Assembly (NCBI RefSeq): GCF_964355755.1
Contig: NC_092673.1
Span: 24,549,648 to 24,613,647 of the forward strand
Direction: 5' to 3'
DNA length: 64,000 nucleotides
DNA from: Antedon mediterranea
Lineage: Eukaryota; Animalia; Echinodermata
Shown here: piece after piece, positions 12,326 to 25,300 of the stretch
How the letters are laid out: each line of letters opens with the position of its first letter
How positions within the stretch are numbered: position 1 is the first letter of the stretch
Notes under the pieces: model-generated
Told to the model about the DNA's origin: nothing
The model's input: only the letters and a program-made list of their open reading frames with translations
Database searches by the model: none
Program-made: the position numbers and the translations under genes

Positions 12326-12629
12326 GTGTTTCGAGATCGTATTGATCCCTAAAAAAACATGAAAAGTGAATGATAATAAATCAGACTTTAAATAGCCTAG
12401 GCCATTTTATATTGTTAATAAAGTTATTAACAATTACTTTGATGTAATTTGTTAAAAACTATTATTGTGACTTTAAAATGGCATATTCAACAACAAAAAT
12501 GTTAAATTATTTTTTCGGGAGGACAATATACAAAATTAAATAAATAATTTGTGTTGGCCGGGTAAAACAATTCAGAGTCATAATTATGGCTCTGAAACAA
12601 TTATTATTATAGCGCCCCCAGATGTGTTG

Positions 12630-12900
12630 TTTTTAATTATCATAATCATCGTTGCGGCGCGGCTGCACGACACGGCGTACTGACTATCACACGACCACCC
12701 TGCACACGATCGACGTTCATCTTCATCGTCATTTTGTCCCTTTTTTTGGCCTCTTGCTGAGCCTAGCATCACAGTGTCTTTGAGTCATGAATACTGTTTG
12801 TTTCTACTGCACCAGATGTTTCAATATCGATTGACGGGAATACTACACGTGGAATTAAAAGCATCCAGGTCATCAGATTGAAGTCTGTCCTCTTTATTTT
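12630..12900 (+). promoter_or_regulatory. GAPVD1: Promoter and non-coding first exon of GAPVD1
   Basis: Local CpG/GC-rich patch 12645-12730 ending in a strong donor TTT|GTAAGT at 12901; next acceptor TTTTCAG at 19283 upstream of the Kozak-like ACCACCATG at 19356. Confidence 0.6.
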
Positions 12901-12931
12901 GTAAGTAATATTCACAACAACACTGCAATTC

Positions 12932-13330
12932 TCTAGCCTACTAGGCCTAGGCTAGTATAGTAGGCTAGGCCTAGCTAAAGCTAGAGCTGGACTGGGCGGC
13001 CGACTGGGCCTAGGCTAGATTAGCTAGGAGACCTAGGCCCACTACACCTAGGCCTAGTCCGCCTAGGCTTGGTTCATGGGTAAGCCTAGGCTTGGTTCAT
13101 AGTAGGTAGGCCTAGCCTTAGGCTATATTACTAGCTAGCCAGGTCAAACCCAATATTTAGGTAGGGCTAGCCTACTAATATAGGCTAGCTAGGCTAGGCC
13201 TACCTAGGTCTAGCTAACTAGGCCTAGGCCTAGTATTTATTGCCTAGCTAGGCTAGCCTAGTACTAGTAGGTAGGCCTAGGTCTGGGCCTATTTTCTATT
13301 AGGCTAAGCCCTAAAATACTCTAGCCTACT
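12932..13330. repeat. Low-complexity tract of TAGGCC / TAGC / CCTAG units
   Basis: ~400 bp built almost entirely from TAGGCCTA, TAGCTA, TAGGCTA and CCTAGG, starting ~30 nt into GAPVD1 intron 1. Confidence 0.9.
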
Positions 13331-15139
13331 AACTCTCCCTCCCTGTTGTGTATGCTAAACTTGCATACAACGCCATCTTATTCTTACACTTATTTGTCTA
13401 TTAACATTATGATTATGATTGAGTCTAAACTAATTTATACCCTGTGTATAACACTATAAGAATCAGCGTTTTAGCTTTTATTACTCTTTAATTGCTTTAT
13501 GTTTATTTTTGCGTACTTTTTTATTTGTATTTATCTATATTTCAGGTTATAGTGTATTATTTATTTTGTTCTAAATATATAATATTTCCTCCTCCAGTAT
13601 ATTGGCGGAGGGGGTGTACTTGTTACAAGTACTGTTTAGTAGGCTGAGAAGTTGAATAACTAATTAAATTGATCTTCAGCATAATCATGCAGCAATATTT
13701 TCACCTACCCTTCAGGGGATCCCCTTCAGGTGTTCCCCTTCAGGTGTTCACGGTAACGTTTTTGGATCATGATAAAATAAATTTTGGGTATGTTGATTGA
13801 AAGCAAAGAAAGAACACATCGTATGGTGAGTAAAGACGAAAAGCGTGTCAGCAGTGCTTCATTAACATATATATCAGAAGTTGATTTTATTGCGATCGTT
13901 TTCAAATGCGACTGATTTCATTTGTCACCACCCTAATGGATTAAAATTAACTCTGAACCCTGGAACAAAACTACCACACATTCAAAGTTTACTGTCAAGC
14001 TTTGCTTATGAATCATAAATTATCTTTGAAAGGTCTAAAAAATCTAGAAAGGAAACTAATATTCAGCTGAAGTTTTTTTTTTTGCTTGTTAATAAGTAGA
14101 TAGCAGGTGGCCATACTGTTACTACTATACAAAAACGGTAATTGGAAAACACATACAGTATATTAATAAAATAGATGCATAGAAACTGCAAATTGCACTG
14201 CAATTGTTTAACTATACGAAGTGCATTACAAAAACAATAAAGTTTATTTATAATGAACCATAATTACCATTTTATGGTGTTTTTTAAGTGTTTACTTTTA
14301 TTAAAATGTTTTCTAAGCACTTCAATGGTAAATTGATCATTTCCTGTCAAAAGGTAAACCCCAGTGGAATGCTGATTTGTCACACTGTTCTTAATGAGTC
14401 ACCATAGATACTCTACTGACTGGTACAGCAAATTGTGTGTATATTTAATACCATAGTATTTAGTATACATCTAACATGCTACTTTTACACTGAACGGCAA
14501 GTCTAGAATCTTGACGGATACTGTAATTAGTCCTAATCTCACAAGCAAACAAGTACATTTAGGAACAAATTTTAATTTGTTTAAAACGAGATCGTAGTTT
14601 TGACAATACATTACCATAGCAGGCTCATAGCATCATTCTATTACAAAGTCTAGGGATTCAAAAATAATAAACTGTAATGTAAACAGTATTCATTGTTGTA
14701 TGCAAAAATAAATTTAGCTGTTTTGTGCTTAATAATAACTGGATAAACCGACAATAGCCCGATAAACCGACAATAGCCCTTGCTCTTTCAGAAGAGAGCA
14801 TGATAAATTTGGTAAGAGACCAAAACCACTAAAAGTTTGGAGACATGGTACAGTACCATAGATTGCGAGATGTTTTCACTCTAGATCAAATGATCAAACA
14901 TTATCTTTATTTCAATAGGGAGTAACTGAAGTACTAAACGGTTTCCGAATCGTACCACACCTCACAACGAGCAATGTCTTTTCGTATGCTCTCTACTCTG
15001 ATAATTTTAGAGGAAGTATAGCCTTTATGCCTAGTTTCAAAGCGCCTCTCTTACACCCGGCAGCCATGTACCTTCAAGTTTAATCAATCAGTTTATTCTT
15101 GTGGTAAATAATGCCAAGTATGATAGAGATTTCTTTATA

Positions 15140-15259
15140 AGCTTTGTTCCTACTAAGATGTTGTGTTAAGTAATTCCCCCGATGGATCATTTGAACTGTC
15201 GCTATACGCCCTTGCGTTGCGTATACTCCCTTCCATTGCGTCAAAGTGGCAACCAAGCT
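15140..15259. mobile_element. Degraded MITE related to family H2
   Basis: Ends TAAGCTTTGTTCCTACT ... AGTGGCAACCAAGCTTTA; internal CTTGCGTTGCGT. Confidence 0.6.
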
Positions 15260-16041
15260 TTATGGTTCAAAACAAAGTTTTACATACTGTTATGATGACA
15301 AATGTTTGAAAATTATGTTAACATATGTTTGCATTATAAGCAATGACCTTGTTTTGAAATTGAATGTACAATTTGTAAATTATTACATGTAACTATCCAA
15401 ATTACACAGTATAGTGATATCCCAGAATTTGACTGAAGGTAAAAACAAGGAAAATATGGGCGAAGGTACACATTGGCATGTTATCAATTTTTATCCGTGA
15501 TATTATTTAAAGTACAGTATAATATTTTAAAAATATTTTTATTTGTTTTATATTTTTAATCCATTACATTTTAATCCAGTCGATTATGACTGAAAATTAA
15601 TAAAGAAATAAATAAATCTAGTTCCTGTTTAAAATTCCTTTGAAAAACAAATTAAATACGTATAACAAATTAAAATATATTTTTTTTTTCAAAATTGTAC
15701 AATTTAGTTTTTTTTTTGCTCTGAACAAAGAAGGTCATGATGACATTAAAAATGAAAGTTCTAGTATTTCCCAGGAAGTGAAATTTCATAATCAAAAGTT
15801 GTTTCTCCAGTTTTCAATCAGAATTCTGGGATTTTGTTTAATAATCTCTGTGTTTTAGGTTAAGTTAAAGTACAGATTATTTACTCAATAATAGTTTGGT
15901 TTTTGGTTTCAAACAAAGAAAAGATGATATCGATGATAATTATTCATGTACTGTAATCTAATTTTAAGATAATCTAATTTATGATTTATTGTAAAAAATA
16001 TAGGAAAAATACATAAGAACAGTTTAATACACTGCATACTT

Positions 16042-16390
16042 GAGTGAGTGTGGCCGAGCGGTTAAGACAGTGGAACCGAAATTCATAGCCATAATATTGG
16101 CATGGGTTCGAGGCTCACTCGCTCCATGGTTCTGGTGGTAAAACAAGTCTTCTCGGATAAGGACTATAAACCGTAGGTCCAGTGTACATGTGGCTCATGT
16201 GCACTTTAAAGAACCTCTAGTACATCTTTCGAGATGAGTAGGGAGTTACTCCAATGTACTAGTTCATTTATACACACACACTGTCGTATTGGCGCCGTAG
16301 TTGGCTGCCTATGTCACAATGGAACCCTTAGTGGAGCAGTAGCCTTCAACTATGAAGTTTGCTCCTTAAAATAGAAGAAAGAAGAAGAAG
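16042..16390 (+). mobile_element. SINE family S1 with an alternative 3' tail (tail B, (GAA)n end)
   Basis: Head and core collinear with 6017-6240 up to ~16265, then an unrelated 3' segment ending GCTCCTTAAAATAGAAGAAAGAAGAAGAAG. Confidence 0.85.
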
Positions 16391-16910
16391 TACTTTCATA
16401 AATGTCTAGTTATGTTCAGAATGCATTATAAAGCATATATATAATATATATAGTCTGCTTAACTTTTGGGTTTCTAGTTTTTGTTCCAGTTCAGTTAATT
16501 AACAGGTACCTAGATAACTTTACCTAAAAACATGAACACTAACATCCAAAGTTCAAATGTGGTCTGACAGATGCATTATAATAGTAGAAGGTCAAACTGA
16601 ACCAAAGCTCATATCACCTGTCTGAAGAAAGCACATGCATTTGCGGACTTTACCTACATTCTGACCAATCAAAAAGCACCAGGAAACCTGTTGTAGACAG
16701 AAGGTCATCTTTTTGACAGTAAAACGAGATACATGAGCTACGTAATCACATGAACTTGTTGCGCTACAGTCACAGGAAGTCGTAGCACCTTAGGGCTCAC
16801 TGTACAATCCAATACTGACATTTAAACCTGACTCCATGGACTCCACGGATGTTTAGATGTTCCGATATATGCATGTGCCACAGTACTTAACTAATTAAAA
16901 TATTGCATAG

Positions 16911-17188
16911 TATACAAATAATGAATGTTTATGAGTGCAATGGTACAAATAATGGCACGAGGTGAATGATGAAAGGTTATATCAACGAGGCAAAGTACTT
17001 ATTTGTACCATTACACGAATACAAAACATTCATTATTTGTTTTATATAACATCTAGACGTTTTTTTTTCGTACACAAAAATGTTTCAAAAAGTACTATTT
17101 AACGATCGTTGAATAGTGCGTACTATTGCACGCCATGTGACCCACATTCGTCCAATCAAATGACAGGAATTTATATAGGTGTTATATA
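16911..17188. mobile_element. Non-autonomous element with two sets of inverted repeats (possibly Crypton-type)
   Basis: CAAATAATGAATGTTT...ATGGTACAAATAA pairs with TTATTTGTACCAT...AAACATTCATTATTTG; TTATATAACA (~17042) pairs with TGTTATATAA (~17179); class assignment tentative. Confidence 0.45.
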
Positions 17189-18240
17189 AAATGTTTTATA
17201 CATAGAACAATTCATAATATAGTACTTTACAGTACAGTATATAGTACAGCTTAGAAAATTTTTTTTTTTTTCATGAAGATGTACTGTACATGTTTTGTAT
17301 TGGATGCATTGAGCTATAATTATAGCTCCATGCTAATGTATTGTTACAGTTGGGTCTTGGGCAAATTGTTTGATTTTTGGCAATGTATAATATAAACTTG
17401 TATTTTTTTTTTGCTGATTTGTGCAATGTTGGTATCGTCAAAAAATACATTTCAAATTTGTAACGGTTAATATGATTATATTACTGTATGTCACATTAAA
17501 TAGAATTATAATATATAAATACAGTATATAATATAATTTCAGGTACTGTAGTCACATATTCGATTCGAATATATATTAGAAAAATCATTATAAAAAAATG
17601 CATACAAAGTTATAACATCTATTACTGAGTGACAATAATAATAAAGATAATATCCTGGATTTTTAAGCGCTGTACATAAACTATTTTACGATAAAAGGTA
17701 TTCCAACCATGCCAAAAAAAACCAAAGTATAAGGGATACGCCCTTGTCGCTAACCAGGAATCAATCTAATTGAACCCCAGTCAGAACCAGTTGTGTTTCG
17801 GATGTCCCGGACTTCAGTGCTTCCTGCCCTACTTAACATACAGTAGACCTAAAACAATCTAGGTTGCATGGAAAAGGGGAAAAAGTGATTAATATGCTTT
17901 ACATTCAATTTTCTAGCCCAGTACAAAGTGTACTGTACAACATTAGACAAAGTAATAACTAATAATAGTTCAGTAGGAACCAAAGTTTTCCAATGACAAT
18001 CTGAACAATCATCCACAAGTTTCATATAACCAACTGTTCATGTTTTTCTCATTGAGGTTTTGACCTAGTAATTTATAAACTGTGCATTCAAAAATCCATT
18101 TTCTTTTATCCGCTTAAACTCATAGATGAACTTTATACATTTTTAATGTTTTTTATTACAGTAAGCTTCAGTAAAATATTTTATTTAATTTTTTGTATTT
18201 ATTAGTTTTTTAATTAGAGTTTCCATATAATAATAGTATA

Positions 18241-18640
18241 AGGCCCATTTCCACTAGGCGATAACGATCTAAATAGATACATTTTTTATGGATAAAACGA
18301 AAGAAATTACAACAGTTTTCGTTCTTGAACTATAGGATAATCATGTATGATGTATTTGATAAAAATAATATTTTTGAAAATCCAATCATGATCCACCATG
18401 ATCAATAAAAACAATAAAATTGTTGTATTATAATGATGTTATCGCTCTTACTAATCATGATATCATTTGATTGGACTTGTGGAAATACTATTTTCATCTA
18501 AGGCGGCATAGGTGATACAGGTAATCCTTTAGTTCTAGGATCAAAACTTTTTAAAATTTATTTGTTTTTTAGGTATGAAAATGCATATTTATCTTGTTAT
18601 CGTCAATCGTTATCGCCCTACCTGTAGTGTAAATGGGCCT
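18241..18640. mobile_element. 400-bp MITE family H3 (Harbinger-like)
   Basis: TIR AGGCCCATTTACACTAGGGCGATAACGAT; collinear with 43976-44389 and inverted relative to 53796-54193. Confidence 0.85.
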
Positions 18641-19355
18641 TAATACTATGTGTTTTTTATGTAATACTGTACTATATTATAAATACTTTTGGAAGTAGTT
18701 TGGTTTTTAAACTATATTAGTGGTGGAGCATGATACCACTCACACTGTACTGTAATTATTAATCTGTATGGGAAGTGATCAACTGCCGGAACATTCTATT
18801 GTGATTCCATTGTCTTATTGACTTAAAACCGTCTCACTTCCCAGTAAGGTGAACTAACTTTAAATTTTGGTTTGGCTTAGTAGAGTTATTCTTTGAGTAT
18901 TATTATTAATAATATTATTAATAGTATTAATATTATTAATAGTATTATTAATAATAGTGAAGTACTTATTATTTACACAGTTTTATTGTGCCCAAAACAA
19001 ACTAGGCAAATTCCAACCACTGTACCTCATAGTGTATGTAATTTGTCAATGTTGAAATGTTTTTAATATTTTCTTAAATAACTCAGCTTTTTTATTCGTT
19101 TACTTTTTGCTAAAGCAACCTTTTATTTTTTAGAGCGCATTGTAAATATTTAGATTATTTATTTATACTACAGTATATAATATTCTACAAAGTAAGTGTG
19201 TTCAATTTATTAATTTATAGTTTAGAAATATCTCATAAAATATTAAATTCTATAATAAAATTTATACTTTTTGTTATTTTCAGGTGACCATAACACACCA
19301 TTGATGATGTCACCATAATCTGTTTACTTTAACCTTTGACTTCTCTTTTACCACC

Positions 19356-22300
19356 ATGAATCTTGACCTACTTGACCTAGCTCGACATCTGAAGCAAGAG
19401 AGGCTATATGTCACCTCTGAAAAATACTTGCTTCAGAAACTTCACGAAGAGGTGACACAGCTAGCAGACAAACTTTACCGCGTGTCTTGGATATCGCGCC
19501 ATCAAAGACAAACCTTAAATAGTTTAATACTCGCAAATGCAGACTCGCCTCCTGCAGCGTGTTGTCAACGTGCCAATGCACTGGAAGAAGTTTTCTTTGT
19601 CGATGGCTACAAAACACTTGGTTTTCAGGATACGGTATATGGAGAGTTCTTATGCTGTTTAAAAGACAATCCGCGAATTGTGGCGATGTGTTTGGCGCAG
19701 GGAGAGCGGGATTACCCGTTCGGAATACAAAGTCTTGTGCATCTTGTAATGTCTTCAGTTTATGGCAACGCAGTCATTCAAGAAGATGAGAGACGAGTTC
19801 TTCAGCTATTGCAAGCGCTAATGGAATTTGAACTAGCAAATAATGATGATCCGCGGCGTTTGTTAAGACGTGGATCTTGCGCGTTCAGCCATGCTATGCG
19901 ACTTTTTACTGAAGGATTGTTTTCTGGGAAATTATATCTCACTGCCGCTCTTCACGAACCTGTTATGGCACTGCTTATGGAAAATGAAATGTACTTTGAG
20001 ACGGATACGAGGAAACTGCTCGATCATTTGAGTCAAGAAGAGCAACTGAAGCTTTTTGGGCCGAAAAATAATCCAACGTATAACACCAAGCTACAAGAAT
20101 ATGTAGAGCGTGTTTTTAATCAACTTGTAACACTTTGTAACAAATTTATATCTAGTTTAAAAAACAGTATGTTCTGCTTTCCACAGAGTCTTGACTGGAT
20201 TATCAGTCAGTTTTATAAAATCTTAATTCGTTCCGGGAAAGTAGATCAGATGGAAGTGCGTGCCATGTGCGGTGACTTGTTACTGACCTGTTTTATCTGT
20301 CCTGCTATTGTAAATCCGGAACCTTACGGTGTCGCCTCTGATATCTTGATAAGTGAGGTCGCCCGATTCAATTTGATGCAGGTTGCTCAGATTCTGCAGA
20401 GTCTTTCGCTAATGAGAGATGATACACCAGTTAAAAGTGGAGATGTATTGAGTCGCTTTGCCAAGGTGAGTAATTTTGCTATGCACTGTCAGGTCAAACT
20501 ACATGACTCTAGCAGGCAAAATTCACTTTTCCTTACGACTATCTTCTTGATAGATTATTAAAAAATCGAACTACCCTTTCCACTACGAGAGCCAATAGCT
20601 ATGTTTTTCCTTTCCATTGCGTGTCTAAACTCATTTCCCAAGCTCTGATTGGTTGTAAAATGAGTTGCTAAGAAAATGTGGTATTGTATTCGAACTACTA
20701 ATTACATTTTTTTTATAGGAACTAAAATTTATTGCAGAAAGCACACTTTAAATTCGGTAAACCTTTACACACACACCAATACAAATATATCCCACACCTT
20801 AGATGGTTGAGGTGTGCAATATTTACAGTTATACATACACACCTGTATTTTCAAAAGACAGCATCATTTATTAATATAAACCATGTATTTAAACCTTTCA
20901 AGTACATACACAACTAAAACGCTATGCTAATGCTATGGATATACAGTATTATGTCACCATGGTATTCCGAAATAAAAACATGAATGAATGAAAATAGTAC
21001 TGCTATGTTTTTAGAATAGCTTTATTATTTAAATTTTAAATACAGTATATACTTGATTGATGATAGATTTCTATCACAATACTTTTATAAAGTTTCACTT
21101 TCACTGTCTATCATTATGAATGACTGTGCGTCACTAAGCTCACAACATTTCCGAAATTACTAAATTAAAAATGTAGTTGTAGTGTGAATTAAGTTTATCG
21201 TCTTCAGTATCGTATCCGACGTCTTGTGTTATTATTTAATCTCCATGTCATAATTTTGTCAATAAAGATTAAAATTTCTTATCGATCAATCATATTTCAA
21301 TTCATCATGGATGTTTAACCTGAATTAATTATTATTTTACAGAAATTTTAGTTTATTTTAACTCTGCTCAAATATTTTATTTTTATTGAAAATAAACATA
21401 GTGTGTACACTTTGTAAAATGGCAAAGTGTGTCCATCTATGGATGAGTTATTTTAATTCCTCAATTTTTAAATTATAAACATACAATTTTTGGTGTACTG
21501 TGATAATATTATGAATAATAAATGTACCCATTTACGACATGTTAATGTTCAGTACAGTACCACTCTGCTAAAATGTTTAATAGACAATCAACAGAGACGT
21601 AATTTTTTTTTCTCAAACACTTTTTATACCTTGCCGACAGAGTTGTTGTAAATGTTTGTTACATCATGTTTAATTAAATAAAACACAACAAGTTATTGAG
21701 TTGTTAAGAATGTATTTGACAAACCTGTATTTTTCACATTCTAGATCTTGAAATAATTGATATCTCTTAATGATATGCGACATTTTTATGGATCATGTCA
21801 AAATTATTCTGACTGCAGTTACTGCGTACCTACAGTATACCTTTAATAATTTTAGTTTTTTCAATTGTTGTAGAAGTTATTTTTATTTATTCAACTTCTC
21901 ACTAAGATGTACATTAGTGAAGGAAGGGGCCAACAGATTTTTTCTATTCTAGACTAGACCTAAGCTTTTGTTGAAGCTGAATGGAAAGAAAATAGCTTGA
22001 TATTTGTTTTATTCTTTTAGGGATGTATGTCATCATATCTGGACACAGTCATTGACAGTCATTCTAGCAATGCCAACCCAGCAATAAACAACAACCAACT
22101 ACAGGGAATGACGCGATCTGTTTCACTTATCTGTGAAAGTGAATTATACAATATGGTAGTATTAATTTCACTTTGCTAATTACCTATTTCAGGTGAAAAA
22201 GCTAATAATAAGTCGTACAATGTTGTGAATTGCATGAAAGTAAAACTAAAATTACCATACTATGGTGAGACATTCTTTATAGTCGTCAACATTTGGAGTA

Positions 22301-25300
22301 TTTTTTATGATTCAGTACAATCAATGAGGGTATTTGCCTATCGACTGGTATGAGTATCATTATTAGGAAAATGTCGAAAGAAACATTGCATTATATATGC
22401 ACTGTGTTTATTTTGAATTTGTATACATAGAACCCCGCCTTTGGGGGCACCAAACATCTATCTAATTTATACCCTTACAAAAAGGACACTTTGTTGGGAC
22501 CCTGAAGGTGTCCTGTTAATTACTCTTTAAATATTAATTAATCAAACATTACCAATTTTTTAGAGAAATAATTTAATCAAACTGTCAACAGCCATTATGA
22601 CAAACTTGGTAAACTAAAGAAAATACCCAAAAATTCAGATTACAATACCCTTCTTTTGATATTAAAGTTAAAATATTACAGTATTAATATAAAATAACAA
22701 TAGGTGATCATTTTATTCTAAATGATCACCTAATTATATGTTTGTATGTTATTTCAGGTGGCCTACTTTAGATCATGCTTAGCTGCCAATATTACTAATC
22801 CAGAGTTGAAAGATCTTGAAGTAGCATTGTCTGTGCTACCAAATCCAGCTAATCTTTCTACTCCCTGCAACAGTACAAGTTCGTCTCACACACCTGCAAG
22901 TACGCCACCTGGAACACCTGGATCTGTCGCGAGAAAAGGTAACATTGCACTTAAAGGTACCGTCAGGAATATCCTGATCTGACTTAGATCTATTGACATT
23001 TGTTTTTGCGCTTCATACTTCTGAATCTGATGATATGAAGAGCAATCATATTTCACTAGAAAACTAAAGCTCCGTATACACATAAAACTAGTTTAACAAA
23101 ACATGTGATGTGCCAAATATGGACATGATGATGTCATATCACTACCATATTTGGGCACACTTGTTTTGTCAAACTAGTTTGATATTTGAATTTCATTAGT
23201 GCGCTTTGAGCACTCTTGAGTGGTATGTGTGATATATAAATCCATATTATAGTGTAGACAGAGCGTTAAGCAGAAAAGTTACTGAAAATAAATACCAGGT
23301 TAAAGAGGGCTACATTATACAATCATGAGTGTTTTAAAGGTGAATTGGGAGGATAATTTCATTAGTAGAAAGATTGAATGTTCTATTCAACTCAGCTCTT
23401 GATATTCAACTCAGAAAATATTCTCACTATTCGACGTTAACATTCATTGATTGATCGATTGATTGATTTCAAAGTAAACTGTTATTTAATGAATCTACTG
23501 CTTCCAATTTTGAAGGCTAGATGGTAAGCTAGGCCGAAACTCTGAAATTATTATTATTTTATTAATATCAACACAAGCATCAGGTTTATGTTTTATTTCT
23601 AATTTTTGCTTTAAAACGTTTCTTAAAAATTTATATTTCAGTTGCTAAGAAAATTGGAAGTAAAAGCTCTTTACCTTCACCAGTGCAGGAGGAACAAGAT
23701 GTTGATGGCTCACCACCTAGTGATAGTTATATGGTAACCCAACCAGAAGATGTTCTTGTCATTTCTCTGGGAAACCATCCAAACGAATGTCCAGGCATGA
23801 TAACAGAAAACAAGGTAGTAATTGTTTACTTTTTTTAAAGATCTTGAAAACAAGCTCTGTTTACACTATCAAACTAGTTTGACAAAAAAAGTGTGATGTG
23901 CCAAAATATGGTAGTAATATGCCCAAATATGGTAGTAATATGCCCAAATATGGTAGTGATATGACATCATCATGTCTATATATGGGCAGATCACATTTTT
24001 TTATCACATAAAGTTTGATAGTATAGACAGAGCATTAGAATGTGAGTTATCGTTTTGTCCCTTACAAAAGTTGATTTGTGCCTTGCACTGTTAGACTTTG
24101 TTACATGTGGACATGCATATATCTGAAAATTACTTTTGTCTAAAATAAATCATCTGGATAAACTAATAGATAATCGCTTATTCTGTACTAGTTGTACAGT
24201 TGGATTAATATAAATAAATATATAAAAGGGGTTCCCTTGAATATACGTTGCCCCTTGTTTGTTTTTTGGAAGGTGACCTCTCAATTGGGGATGTCCAAAA
24301 GAAGGGAATCCTACTGAATTATTATTTTTTTTTCATACGCTTTCAACAGCCAGCACAAACTCGCCAATTACAGGATGGATAAACTATTTTATAATTTATC
24401 GTGCTTATAAACTAAGTCTCATTTGAGGCTTAGGGAGTGGAGTTGAAAGAGTCGTGAGTTATAATCCTATCACTAGATCAGGATTGAACCTGGACCTTGG
24501 GATTGGAAGGCAAGCACAGTAACCACCAAACTACAGCTCCACTGTATACAAGTTATGTCATCTTTATTTTGCAGGTATTGGCTTCATTACCACAGAAATC
24601 AAAAACTCGTAATGAAGACAAACGGGCCAACCTCGGTTCAATCAATGAACACCCAGAAAAGCAGCTAAGGTTCTCAGCAGAGGCATCTTCTGTCGCCAAT
24701 GATCATCTTATGGAAGCTATGTCAATTGGTACGTCTTTTGTCGATTTAAATTGAGCTTTCAATTTGGCGTGACCTATGACATACATATTCATTTTTCATC
24801 TCGATTTGAAACCGCTAGAGAGGAAGCATGTTCCAACTTTCCCGTGCGCACAATGAATTGATATGACCTTTGTAACAAATCAAAATCTTAATCTTAATTA
24901 ACCTAAATAATCCCAGAATCCAGATTTCAATTTTAAAGCAGGTTTTAACTACCCTTTTCTATTCACTGAATATAAGAATGGTATCCAGTACCGATGAATT
25001 GATGTTTGGTTTTGCGTCTAAACAAAATATTGAGATCAATCAGCTATTCGTTTTTTATTATAGTACTAGGAAAGATACCCGCACCCAGGGGATTCTCAAA
25101 TGTAGATTAAAACCTTCCCTGTACAATTTCAGCATACATGCAATAGCAAAAGTGTGTACAGTATATTGAACACACGTATAAATACTAAAGCTCTGTCCAC
25201 ACTATCAAACTAGTTTGACAAAAAATGATGTGCCCAAATATGGTAGTAATATGTTTAAATATGGTAGTGCTATGACAACATCATGTCCATATATAAACAC

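Noticed and set aside
23900-23965. 20-bp direct repeats in H1, and the 86-bp tandem at 35396, as a CRISPR-like array
   Set aside because: Contiguous repeats without unique spacers, inside eukaryotic transposon sequence, with no cas genes
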